A stretch of 64,000 bases of DNA, from assembly GCA_946965045.2 (NCBI GenBank), contig OX337236.1, forward strand, positions 2,170,001 through 2,234,000, read 5' to 3'. Positions 47,043 to 58,077 of this stretch are shown piece by piece. A program made the translations under genes and the position numbers. Every line of letters begins with the position of its first letter. The stretch's first letter is position 1. The notes under the pieces are model-generated. The model was not told where the DNA came from. It was given only the letters and a program-made list of their open reading frames with translations, and did no database searches. This DNA comes from Epithemia pelagica (lineage: Eukaryota > Protista > Bacillariophyta).

Positions 47043-49997
47043 TCCACAAGTGAAACAATGACCATTTCAGCTGTCAAATCAAGACGAAAGTCAGGAAATT
47101 GGCATTCTTCTCCCAAAATTGGATTCTAGCACTCAGCCTTCTTTCCTTGCGTCACGGGAAAACTCGAGAAAGGGTGTTTTTGTGATCATTGGTGCATTTC
47201 ACAAAAGGCCACTCCGACATTGATGACAAATAAAAATCTCAGAAAGAAAGAAGACAATCCATTAGCAACGAAACATCAGGTCAAAGGCACAAGACCATAA
47301 AAATCAATGTCATTCGTTCACTGTCTTGTTTCATATATTCCATTCAGGCCACTTCTCTCTCTTTTCGACATGACCATGGCAATTCTTACGCACTCAGATC
47401 ATCCTCTGACTGAACTAGGGAGTTTCCAGGTCACCAATTGAACCAGTCTTGGGCCAAGCCACAGCAGCAAAGCCGACACCTCTGGGGCCTCATGGCAAAA
47501 CGTCTTTAGCGGTCATCTTCCACTTAGCTTCAACTCGCCACAACACAATAAAATCTCAAGTTATGACTGGCTCAAGAAGTACAAAGCTGGTCCCAGCAAA
47601 TTTGCATTGATATTAGGGTCACCACCGACCATCACCAGTTTGCTACTCGCCATTTTTAGATTCACACCATAGTCTGCCAACGCAATCGAGCAACGACTGG
47701 CCTTCATCTGAACAAAAATTCCATCGGTCCACACTCATTGATCCTTGTCTTCTCGTCCCCGTCCCCATCATAGAGGACAATACTTAGCCGCCTTATGAAG
47801 GACAATCTTCTTGTGCACAATCTCCGGAGCACTCATCGGAGCATATCATGAGTTGTGGCCTTCTAGCTTCCATCTTATTCCATTCCATTCTTGCCTATCC
47901 AAAGTCCATCGGATTTGCTTTTCAAATAGAAGCCTTGTAAAGTCATAGCATTCTAGTCGTCGCATGACTTGGGCAAAACATCATGCGAGCAATGACCTTG
48001 GACCTTAGCAATGATGACAAGGAACAAAGTCCTCAAAACATTCTTGGCCATGACAAACATTCCATGGCACCGTCATCTGTCGAGCATTCACGACAATGGC
48101 CAGCACTTCAAAGATGCGGACTCAAGCAAAACCATACGCACCAATTGGAACACAAAATCAGTGTTCGTGCGAACAAGTTAAAACCCATAGGGGCGAATCT
48201 GTCAACCATGGACAGAGTTCCACAAGAAAAACTCGAGTGACTTGTGTAATCAAAGGGGAGTCATTTGACTTCGCCAACGCAGTGGAAAACCAATGACTGG
48301 TTACATGTAGCAATGTCGGCATGACAGACATACCAACAACCACACACCACGAGAAGGCAAATGCATAAAACACATCATCAGTCCCCTTTCAAATGTGGGT
48401 CCTCCACGACATCTCGGCCAACAAGACACAGTTCTTCATGCGAGAAGGACTGAATGGCTACCGGATTGAGGCACTGCGTCAATCAACAACCTTGTAACTG
48501 CTAATTTCCTGCCGAATATCCACGTCATGGATTCCAAGGCAATGTCATTGGGTCATGGTCTAGGGGGCTTTAGGACGAGTCCCCTCTCAATGATGGGTGC
48601 TCTGTGCCGCGTCAACGTAGACAGCAACAAGACAGAACGAGGCCCAGTCAACAACAAAATTCTTCATCAAGCATTGTCCACTACAGAGTCCTTTCCTGCT
48701 TTTCCGCAGCACAACAAGGATCGTCACAAATTGTATTCTTTGGCATACAATGGTTGTGGGCAGTAACTCCCACGGTCTCCACCGATCTTATGCCCAAATC
48801 ATTGACAGCCGGACCAACCAATGGACAAAATAAAGGATAATGGCATCCGGACTCAAGTCACCGACACATTATAGCCATCATCTTAATCAAGACAAAAACA
48901 GAGCCAACGAAAGGGTTACACTCTTAGTTCACCCTGCTCCTCAATTAACAACAAGGGTTCAACCAAATAACTTTCATAAAATATGAAAATCACATCACCA
49001 TCGTTTCCTTGATGGTAGTTGTCCTCAGCCACGGACACACAAAAACGGTGAAATCGACACCACAAAAATAACAGATCAACTCATGATCTCATAGTACTCA
49101 TGCCAACTGCCAGACAAGCAGAGGCTTGACTTCAATACTCGTTGCCTGTCCATCTCTTTGGCGGTGTATAATACATATCACCAATCCAAACACAGAGCAA
49201 CCAAATCTCACAGGATTGTCATCATAGGCAACAACAGCCCAGAACACTGCATGATCTCATGATTCAACAATCAATCGTAGTATTTTGAAACTTCATTTCA
49301 AGAACAATGCGCTCTCTGCTTGAAGCGCACAACCAATCATGGAGTAAATCATCCATGCTCAACCCACAAAAGGGGTTCATTTATAAAAGGAGACATAGAG
49401 TCCCCTGTCCCCTGTCTTCGACAGGCATTTTCTTACCGTCCAACTTTGCACCTCATCATTGGTGCCTCCATTGTGCTTCACTGCACTTTCATAGTGTGCG
49501 ACTTCCTTTGTCAGCACCAAGCTTTCTTTGTCACTTCTCATATGGGTGCGTCTTCCTTTGTCAGCACCAAACTTCCTTTTGTGACTTCTTCTCGCTTACG
49601 GAACCAAACCATTGTCTCATTCATCGTGACTTTCCGGTGTTCCATTCATTCAGCGATTGAGCATGCACAGCTGCATTATCGTTCCGCGTCACATAAGTGA
49701 TATTTTATTATCGCTGGTCCGCATGGCAGGCTTCTCCTTTCAACGGCAAGGATCGACGCGTCCGTCATTGCCCAGGGTGTGCGCATAGCAGACCACACCC
49801 CTCCACTAGTCCGGTCTGGCTCCGTTGCAAGTCAGATATTCAACGAGACTAGTGGTACAACATTCTTAGTTGACCATGGGCGGATCATATGGACCTTCTT
49901 AGTCCGATCCAGATATTTTCACTACCTTCCCAGGCCATTGTGCAATCATAGCTCATCTTCCTTTTCGTCTCAGCTCAGAGTCTTGGGTCTGATAAAC

Positions 49998-50144
49998 CAA
50001 GAAACGACCTCGTTGCTGGATGAAATATCGTCCAAAACAAAGAAGTGTCTACTTTATCTACCAACAACAGAAGCGACTGGCGAGGGGCTACGGCTCGCCG
50101 ACAGATAGCTAGATCGCCCAAATTCCGCCCACTACCGCGACCAT
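49998..50144 (+). repeat. 147-bp direct repeat, copy 2
   Basis: Identical to 32212-32358. Confidence 0.9.
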
Positions 50145-50155
50145 ATCTGGGTTTA

Positions 50156-50958
50156 GGCTATCTCCACCCGGGCCCGCTAAAGGCCCCAAAACCGCTATCG
50201 AACTCCACCATCTCCTCTAACCGCTAACCAGCTCCACTATCCGCTATTTTTGCCGCTATTGGGGGCCCCGAATAGCGGGGAAAATAGCGGATAGCGGAGC
50301 AAAATATAACCGTCGGCATAAATAAATTAACGTCTGCTGCCAACAGTGAAACTTTGAATCTCTCGTGTCGAAAACATGGCAATGGCACGTATTGATTGTG
50401 ACGATCGCTTACCATCTCTTTTTCCATTGTTGTGTTCCCTACTTCCTACAATGGGACAAGAACCATGCACATGCACAGCAAGATGATTCGAGGATCACGG
50501 ATCGGAAGGAATGCAACAATCAAACAAATGCATCATTCAAACTATTGATGAGTTCGATTATCAATTATCAGACAATCAATCGGAAATCGGACAGGGAATA
50601 GGACGATTGGACTGCAACCTACAACCTACATCTACATTGGCCATGAACAACAACATGATTCACCATGACAGTCAACAATGAAGAGGGAGAACAACGAGTC
50701 CTCCATCTTTGGTTTATGCTTTGTGCTCTCGTTGATTGTCTTGTTTGAATTCCGCAACTTCCGCGGTCGCACCCCTTTTTAACCCAAACAAGAGAGGGCA
50801 TATGCGCAATGCGTACGCGCAACGCGAGATAGCGGCGTTCTTTTAACGGAGATCGTGGAGTTTATTTCCCTTTGGCTCCGCTAATCCGCTATCCGGATAG
50901 CGAGGCCAATCAGAAAGCCCCAATACGTCAGCATAGCGGCGCTCGGGTGGAGATAGCC
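50156..50958. mobile_element. PIF/Harbinger (Tourist-like) MITE, 803 bp
   Basis: TTA|GGCTATCTCCACCCG...CGGGTGGAGATAGCC|TTA (3-bp TSD, 15-bp perfect TIR extending imperfectly to CCGCTA); many CCGCTA/TAGCGG subterminal hexamers. Confidence 0.9.
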
Positions 50959-51135
50959 TTAGGCGCCCGTAATCGCTGACTGAATGTTTTTCAAAGAGTA
51001 CAATACAAACTGGGAATTCATCATTATTTGTAAAAAGCAATCGTCTATTCTACTTATTGTTTATTTGGAACATTTTGTTGATACAGGCTTCACATTGTAC
51101 AATATCTGCTGGGGAGGATTGAGTGCAATTTGGTG

Positions 51136-51825
51136 TTATTGCTCCTCTTCCCCTGATACCACTCCTGCACTAGCCAAGCACGAGGCAAACACTCGAGACG
51201 GCAGCGAGATTTCTTCACATACAAGAGCAATCGTTTGTGCACGTTGGATAGGTGATAAATATGGGTAAGCAGTGTCCTCTTGGATTTCCATGACAGCATC
51301 TGTAATATCTCGTCTCCGCAGCTTCTTGTCCAATCGGATGCGACGAATGGCCGTCTTTTCCAGACCAGTACGACCAGGAAACTCGTTTGAGAGCAACTGG
51401 TGGAGTCTTTCCATGTCATCGCTGCATGTTGCAGTCGGAGTCTTGCAGCTAGTTTCATATAGGCGTTCCAACACGCGATTGTAGGATTTAGGGTCGTTGA
51501 GGTTTCCACGCTCTCTTCGAATGACCATTTTCAAGGCGTCCATATGACGGTTCTTGAAAGTTTGGTACTCATCTGCTGTGTACCACATATGAGCTGTCTC
51601 GTATCTGTCGTTGTAAGGGCTTTGATAAGACAAATTTGACTTTTCTTGGAAAGATACTCGTCTCCGACATGATTCTTTCTTCTTTTGGAGACACGCCTCG
51701 TGAACATCAACAGTGGATGAAACTGATCTGTCGTCGGACAAGTTTGTTGGCTCAATGATCATCATGACGTTTTGATAGCTTTTGTTTTGCGGTCTGATCT
51801 TTTTTGTGAGACGATTCGGGATCAT
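51136..51825 (-). CDS. Hypothetical protein (229 aa) of a family common in diatoms
   Basis: RRRVSF...MWYTADEY..FK...GLEK pattern typical of a large diatom hypothetical family; intact ORF. Confidence 0.75.
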   Translation of the reverse strand: MIPNRLTKKIRPQNKSYQNVMMIIEPTNLSDDRSVSSTVDVHEACLQKKKESCRRRVSFQEKSNLSYQSPYNDRYETAHMWYTADEYQTFKNRHMDALKMVIRRERGNLNDPKSYNRVLERLYETSCKTPTATCSDDMERLHQLLSNEFPGRTGLEKTAIRRIRLDKKLRRRDITDAVMEIQEDTAYPYLSPIQRAQTIALVCEEISLPSRVFASCLASAGVVSGEEEQ

Positions 51826-52071
51826 TCGTCACTACGAGCCCCTGGTTTCCCAAAATTGGAAGAAAAACTTGTCAAAATCGCCAGCCATCGCAATCAAACC
51901 GCCAGGCGTACTGAAATTACATGGCACGCGTGCAATAGTAGAAAAACTCTTCCAATCTCACTTACATAAGCCATTTTCCGAAAGAACCGTCTCGATTCTT
52001 CTTCCGTTTCTTGAACGGTACTAGCCAGATCGGTTCCCTCTCACCCACAAATCAATCACGATAGTCCTAAA

Positions 52072-53907
52072 ATGCCAATGGACGAAAGCAATGAACAAGA
52101 ATCAATCTCAGAAGACGACAGGAAAGGAGAGGAGAAGAACAGCAACAATCCAACACACAAAGTAGCCGTCATGACGTCTCCCCCGATATACATCCCGGAG
52201 CTCGATGACACGCTTCGTGAAGGAACGTTCGTGCATCTCCGACTTCCAAGCCAGAACAAGAACAAAACAACCATTGGTCGTCTACAACAATCAAACAATG
52301 GAAACATTGTCATTTCAATTTGGCGGCCGCTTTTCCCCAAGAACAGCAAATGTCACCCATCCATTCCCAAACACCAACATTCACCCATTATCCAAGGATT
52401 CGGCTCGGAGAATGAAGAGATTTTCCAAACCAACACCGTTATATCCGACCGCGACGCGATGTACAGCGGCACCAAGATTCTTTTTCCGGCTTTTGTATTC
52501 TCCCTAACGGAGTTGGCGAATCCACAAAACTCCTGGGGACAAGGCCTCAACAACGTTTACATCGCGCGTTACATGCAATCCGAAATCCGTGGACGAGAAC
52601 GACTCATTGAAATACCGGACGACGAACTACTCTGTTTCCCGATGCAGAAAAAGAAGAAGAAGAATCCTAGTGGTCTAATCGTTCCACCTCGATGCTACCA
52701 CCAGAACGTTTGGTGTGGTCTATTCCAACTCCGAAAGGGGATTATGAAGATCCTGAATAAGCGGAGTGGGCAGTCCGAAGACCAGGAAGTTGACAGTGTC
52801 TCTATCGGCAATATCCCACTAGAGACCTTCGACTACCTACATGTTGTGGGGAATTCAGGTACAGAAAGGCTTTCGTGCCGTATGTTTTCCTCCAGTGAAA
52901 CTTACCTTGATCTTGATTCTAACCTTACTCGCCGTAAGATCAGAATGTCTTTTCAGAGCGGCATCCTTCGTTTCGAGACGATGCAGGATTTAGATATTCT
53001 CCGTCACCTGTTGGGTATTGCCTCTGTTTACGGATCGTCGGAACACCGTCTGACATTGGCAGATGGGAAGCATGGCCATCCGTTGAAGCGTGGACATTTC
53101 CTGACCGTAGTGAAAGGGAAGGAAAAGGACGATGTAGAAGATCATACTTTCAAGCGCAGAAGCATGAGCCAACGTGTCGACCTTTGCTTTTCTCCCTACC
53201 AAGTAAAGGTGACCGTTGGCTTCGAACGCTACCGATACGACCACGATCACAAGGGCCGTCTCAAGTCCACCCCGCCTACAAGGCACCCGCAAGCCGTGTT
53301 GGCCTGCAGTGCATATGAACCAGAAGCCGAATCGGGCAGTTGCAGTGTGTCTGACGAATTGTCGGAATTCAACGAATCCGAACATCATAGAAAGGAAAAA
53401 GCCGAAGACGACAAGTCTGTGTCTACCTTTGACCGCATTCTGAACGGGTCGCTGGACTCGTCTGAAGACAGCACCCCAAGCAATAGCAGCAAGAAGAAAA
53501 AGACCGAGGACAATTCGGACGACAAACTGTCTCTCCATTCTCATTCGGACAACGTACGTTTTCGTTTTGGGGATGTGGATATTTACCAAGGAGACCAATT
53601 CCATCTTGATGGGACAGTGTATGAGATTGTAGGTCTCTTCCTTCCATCGGACCAAGTAAGGTTTGTTATCCAAGAGCAATTCTCGACCGAGTTGTATACT
53701 TCATCCAAACCCGCAACTTCGGAGAAAGAGTTGTCGGACAAGAGTCTTGCCCGTGTGGGGACGATTGCTCCTTCGGAACAACCCACCTATGGATGTATTG
53801 TATGTGGAGGGCATCGGTTGAACAAGAAGAAACCCCCGACGGAACAAGAAATCGCCTTATTCCAACATACTGACACCCTTCTTTCCGCCATCAAAGAATA
53901 CAATTGA
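52072..53907 (+). CDS. Accessory protein of the Transib-like element (611 aa), possibly with a BAH-like N-terminal domain
   Basis: Intact ORF inside the TIRs; LREGTFVHL...EEIFQTN...ILFPAFVFSL..L...VYIARY resembles the BAH pattern by eye; acidic/Ser linker and C-terminal CIVC. Confidence 0.65.
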   Translation: MPMDESNEQESISEDDRKGEEKNSNNPTHKVAVMTSPPIYIPELDDTLREGTFVHLRLPSQNKNKTTIGRLQQSNNGNIVISIWRPLFPKNSKCHPSIPKHQHSPIIQGFGSENEEIFQTNTVISDRDAMYSGTKILFPAFVFSLTELANPQNSWGQGLNNVYIARYMQSEIRGRERLIEIPDDELLCFPMQKKKKKNPSGLIVPPRCYHQNVWCGLFQLRKGIMKILNKRSGQSEDQEVDSVSIGNIPLETFDYLHVVGNSGTERLSCRMFSSSETYLDLDSNLTRRKIRMSFQSGILRFETMQDLDILRHLLGIASVYGSSEHRLTLADGKHGHPLKRGHFLTVVKGKEKDDVEDHTFKRRSMSQRVDLCFSPYQVKVTVGFERYRYDHDHKGRLKSTPPTRHPQAVLACSAYEPEAESGSCSVSDELSEFNESEHHRKEKAEDDKSVSTFDRILNGSLDSSEDSTPSNSSKKKKTEDNSDDKLSLHSHSDNVRFRFGDVDIYQGDQFHLDGTVYEIVGLFLPSDQVRFVIQEQFSTELYTSSKPATSEKELSDKSLARVGTIAPSEQPTYGCIVCGGHRLNKKKPPTEQEIALFQHTDTLLSAIKEYN

Positions 53908-53941
53908 AGATATCGACATAATCCTACCTTAAACTATATAT

Positions 53942-56900
53942 TTACACTAACCAATCACCAACAGAATCATCTGTAGAGTCTGATAGGTCATCGGCGTCAG
54001 AGGTTTTCCCATCCAAGGCCTGTGGTCCGATATGCCAGTCAAAAATTCCAAATCCTTCTGAATACGACACATGACTGTCGACGTTGTCATTGTTCTCACC
54101 ATCATTATCGTCGCTATCTTCCATAGCAGCAACATCCAAACTGTCGTCTTGAGAGTTTGTCAACGCACTTGCCAGTCTTTCCAATTGTTCATCTAGGGTT
54201 TCTTTCCGTCCGTCTACCTCTTCAGCTGTAGCCCCGGCCGTTCCTGTTGATGCCTCTCGAACTAAAGATTCAATCTCCTCCTCCACAGTCTCAGTTGCTC
54301 TATTGGTATAATTGGTGTTGTTGCGTCGGTCATTATTGTTAGTTCGATCGTTGTTCTCGTCGTCGTCACTGGTCGTCGTGCTAGAATCTGACGACGAATC
54401 GGGTAAGGGATTCTTGATGAATTGTCCAAACTCGATTTTCCCTTTGTTGTTCCTAACCCAGTTTCGATGTTTCTCCTTGTCCTCCTCTGTCAAGGACGCC
54501 AACTCTTCCTTGATACTCTCCATGGTATGCCCCATAGTGAATATGAGACGCCGTTGCAACCACTTTGCCATCGGCATGAGACGACTCCGTTGACCACGTC
54601 CTTGATTCACCGAGCCCCCACGCTGTGTTCTTGAATAGAAAAATGACTTGAAGAGGCTATTGAATGCCTCCCATCCCTGTTGCGAGTGAGCATACAGGCT
54701 CTTCCAGTGCAGAAGGTATTCGCCAATGTGGGCACTGCCTATCAGGTGCGCATAGTTCGTTATCCCTTCCTCGCCGTAAAGGATAACCCACTCTTTGAAA
54801 AAGGCATCGGCAAGTCGTTGATATTCGTAGATTGTTTCGTCGCTTAGTTCCTCCTTTCGAAGAAGGATCTCCATCGAGGCCTTGTAGTTTGCCATACACA
54901 CTAACCACCTCGTCCTGTCCACCTCCTTGACAATACATAGCTCTATAATCTTCTCGATCTGAGCAACGATTTTCGGAATCTTCGTATTCTCGAATTTGAT
55001 CTCTCCCATGGCGCTCTTGGTTTTGTCAAACGGAAGATTCTCCTGGAAAGGCATGGACGGCGAGCCGAGAATCTCTTGATTCAATACGTCCTCGATGCAG
55101 GAAACAAAGGCAGAACGTTTCTTTTCCATGTTACCGTGAAGGGCCTTGTCTATCCAAGCAAGTTTATTGTACTTGCAGTTGGTAAGGCCCGTCTTCAGAC
55201 ACATCTGGAGGATCTTAATACCCATCCTCATCTCCATATGCAGGAGACAAGGAATGGTATCCATAAGCATCACCAGTGCTGTGGTGACAGAGGCTTCTCC
55301 GTACCGTTTGACGGTTGTACTAGCGTCAACATACGCCCACTCGGCAATCAGCTGCAGTTTCAATCGCCGTTGGCGTGAAACCAGTGATCCACCGAGATCA
55401 AGTCCGCGTAGCTGTAAATCGTGATTCAAGTTCTTACTGTATTCTCTTCGTTGTGCTTGATCGGCCCTGTCGACTCCAAAATGGATTGAGGATAGGTCCT
55501 TTTCTATCTGGTTCCTTGTAGGTGGTGCTCTGGGATCGATTGCAGCGGATATAGCAATCTTGCAATCGCTCCATATCGTGGATATGTCCTCAGCAATCTT
55601 AGGCATCGCGTCCTCGAACGTTTTCACTTGGTCGTTCATTTTCTTCATGTGTTTCGGAGTACACATTGGGGCGTGGTAGCATATAGTGCCCTTGTCATGT
55701 GCCAAATAGTCTTGATGTAGGCACCATTTGCATTGACTAGGCTTGCCCACTTCTGTATGAAGGGCACCGCTCTTTACAGTACATTTCGCACATGGGTACG
55801 TCGCGTTCTTGGCGGCCCCACCTTTCCCCGACAGTTTCCACTCCACGGACATATCGCAATTTGTTATGACTTTCAGAGCCATAATCGCGTACATGGTGGG
55901 GAGCACTTTGTTCGCTGCCTCATTGATTTCCCTTATCATTCGAGAGAATAGTGCACGAACAAGGGCCTTGTTTTCTCTGCCAATGACGCAGACCAACGGA
56001 AAGACCATGTCTCGTGATTGGGCCTTCAATGGACTGTTTTTGTCATTAAACTTGAGGCCACCGAGAACGTGGCTTAAGTGTTTGGATAACGTAGCCCCAT
56101 CCAGACTTTGTGCAAACTGAATCGCTCTTCTCTTGGCTTCCCCATCCAACATGTTGGCAGCTTTCAAGATAGCAACAAATACGTCCGCGGCACGGAAGTA
56201 AAACCCTTCCGAACCATCCTTTGGGTTCTTGATTGGGTGGAAGGGTACGACATAGTCCGCGAATTGCTCAATGTAGGCAGCGCAACGTTGAATTGCCGAA
56301 GTCGACGGAATCATCGTATGCTTCTTTGTCGGTCTGCCTCCGCATTCGACTGTCCGTAGAACCTCAACCCCTGCATAATTCAATTTCCCTCCGGCCATGT
56401 CCATCTCTTTTAGAATGTTAAAAGGCGTAAAGATGGTTTTCCTTAGGTGTCGTTGGACCACTCGTACCAAGCAATCACTGAGTTGGTTGTGATGGATGGG
56501 GTCTTCCACAAGCATCCGAGATATTTGTCCAAAGAACTTTTTCGCCCGGTGACTGTTGCCCTTGTGGTTCCTCACGGATTCTACTATTACTGATTTAATG
56601 TGAGACACAAGCTTTGTCATATTGTCATCCGAGGAACAGGTGGAGGGGATCTTGCCATGCTTCGCTTCTAAGGACTTGATCCGTTTCTGGAGTTTGTTGA
56701 TCTCGCTTAGGTTACTTGCCATTTTCTTTTGTTGCTTCTTGAACTTCTCTCGCATGCTTCTATTCTTCTTGGAAAGGGACTCTATCTCCTTTCGTAGATC
56801 TCGATTAGTTTCCTCACTCTGGAGTAGGGCATTCACAGTTTGGGTATGGACTTCGTTCGTGGTTGAAGTTCCTTGCCATTCTTGGCATACAGTCGCAGTC

Positions 56901-57682
56901 TGAGAGTCATTAGTCGCAGTCCGAGATTCATTAGTACTAGTGTTGTTCACTCGAACTTCTGGACGGTCTGGAGTGACTTCTTGAGCAGTTGTGGGATCTT
57001 TGCTATTCGGAGAATTTTCTGTGCGTACGTTTTCTTCAGTTTCTGCTTCTTTGGATTCGTCGTCCGACGTGTCGAAGCACGAGTAGGTGTCGAGTTCTTC
57101 CTCTGTTGTCCTCATTTTTTTCTTTTTCGAGACACGATCTTCGCTAGTCTCCGTAGGGGGCGCCTTTCTTGTTCTATTGTCTCTCTCCTGTGTTTCTTTC
57201 TTCTTGGATTTTGGTTTCCCTTTGTTGTTCCTTGTGTGGGGTTTCCGTATTTCAATCTTGATTCGGTCTGATGGCTGTATAATGCTTGTGTAGCTTGCCT
57301 GGCATGTATAATGTCCATCTTTTGCCTTGCGGTTCACGGTTATTCCGTCCGATTTTTCAATGTCGTCAGCATCCTTGCAGTTACTGCAAAAGAAGAATCC
57401 ACCTCTGTAGCGCTGGTATCGGTCCGAGCCGAACACGGAGCATGGTTTTGTTGTCTCTTTTTGGAATTCTCTGCATATTCTGGCCACACGTTCTCGTTCC
57501 TCGTACGAAGAAAGGATGGAGTTGCCTTGGATCCGCCGTCGGTGTCGGGTTTGTAGGTTTGGTGACGGAGGGGGGCCGTCCCTGTCGAGGTTTCCTTTCT
57601 CCTTGATTTGCTCTTCCTCCGTCTTGTCGTTGTCTATGTAAACACATTGAATGAACTCGTCTTCCGGATCTCGGCTTCCCAT
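53942..57682 (-). CDS. RAG1/Transib-like DDE transposase, 1246 aa, intact
   Basis: QSLDGAT (cf. RAG1 D600), ITNCDM...YPCAKC (D708 plus CxxC), PCLLHMEM (cf. DALHCD), ITNYAHLIGSAH...SQQGWEAFNSLFK (cf. ITNYFHKTLAH...SEGNESGNKLFR, E962); N-terminal CxxC, basic region and coiled coil. Confidence 0.8.
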   Translation of the reverse strand: MGSRDPEDEFIQCVYIDNDKTEEEQIKEKGNLDRDGPPPSPNLQTRHRRRIQGNSILSSYEERERVARICREFQKETTKPCSVFGSDRYQRYRGGFFFCSNCKDADDIEKSDGITVNRKAKDGHYTCQASYTSIIQPSDRIKIEIRKPHTRNNKGKPKSKKKETQERDNRTRKAPPTETSEDRVSKKKKMRTTEEELDTYSCFDTSDDESKEAETEENVRTENSPNSKDPTTAQEVTPDRPEVRVNNTSTNESRTATNDSQTATVCQEWQGTSTTNEVHTQTVNALLQSEETNRDLRKEIESLSKKNRSMREKFKKQQKKMASNLSEINKLQKRIKSLEAKHGKIPSTCSSDDNMTKLVSHIKSVIVESVRNHKGNSHRAKKFFGQISRMLVEDPIHHNQLSDCLVRVVQRHLRKTIFTPFNILKEMDMAGGKLNYAGVEVLRTVECGGRPTKKHTMIPSTSAIQRCAAYIEQFADYVVPFHPIKNPKDGSEGFYFRAADVFVAILKAANMLDGEAKRRAIQFAQSLDGATLSKHLSHVLGGLKFNDKNSPLKAQSRDMVFPLVCVIGRENKALVRALFSRMIREINEAANKVLPTMYAIMALKVITNCDMSVEWKLSGKGGAAKNATYPCAKCTVKSGALHTEVGKPSQCKWCLHQDYLAHDKGTICYHAPMCTPKHMKKMNDQVKTFEDAMPKIAEDISTIWSDCKIAISAAIDPRAPPTRNQIEKDLSSIHFGVDRADQAQRREYSKNLNHDLQLRGLDLGGSLVSRQRRLKLQLIAEWAYVDASTTVKRYGEASVTTALVMLMDTIPCLLHMEMRMGIKILQMCLKTGLTNCKYNKLAWIDKALHGNMEKKRSAFVSCIEDVLNQEILGSPSMPFQENLPFDKTKSAMGEIKFENTKIPKIVAQIEKIIELCIVKEVDRTRWLVCMANYKASMEILLRKEELSDETIYEYQRLADAFFKEWVILYGEEGITNYAHLIGSAHIGEYLLHWKSLYAHSQQGWEAFNSLFKSFFYSRTQRGGSVNQGRGQRSRLMPMAKWLQRRLIFTMGHTMESIKEELASLTEEDKEKHRNWVRNNKGKIEFGQFIKNPLPDSSSDSSTTTSDDDENNDRTNNNDRRNNTNYTNRATETVEEEIESLVREASTGTAGATAEEVDGRKETLDEQLERLASALTNSQDDSLDVAAMEDSDDNDGENNDNVDSHVSYSEGFGIFDWHIGPQALDGKTSDADDLSDSTDDSVGDWLV

Positions 57683-58004
57683 TGTGATCAGTCAGGGCAG
57701 GGCTATGGTTTGGTTCTTGGGTATCAGCTTTCTCTCTTGACTAAGTGACCACTGGTTTCGTAAGGGGAGAGGGAAGGGTCATCTCTTCGTATGGGTTGGT
57801 CCAATTTGTGAGATAGAAGAGGCCCAATCATCAGTTTAGAATCGACGATTCATTGACGAATAAAAGGCGACTGGGTACTTATGCTCTAAACGGATTTTAA
57901 TATATTTTATGTTCTGGTGCGCGCCAGTCATATTTCTTTTCTCATAAAATTGGTGTTCGGGGCATCTACTTTCCGTTGGCTTTGGAGGGTTATTGCCGGG
58001 GTCG

Positions 58005-58077
58005 GACCCCCCATGTAACGATTATCCAAGCTTCTCTATACATCAAAGAAGCTTGGATAAAACTTACATGGGTGGTC
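58005..58077. other. Long hairpin inside the right arm of the Transib-like element
   Basis: TTATCCAAGCTTCT (58022-58035) pairs with AGAAGCTTGGATAA (58047-58060); outer CCCATGTAA/TTACATGGG and GACC/GGTC extend the stem. Confidence 0.8.

Noticed and set aside
47411-47974. Minus-strand frame containing VWTDG (RNase H-like)
   Set aside because: Five stops in 188 codons is not far enough from random expectation, and no other RNase H motifs were found.
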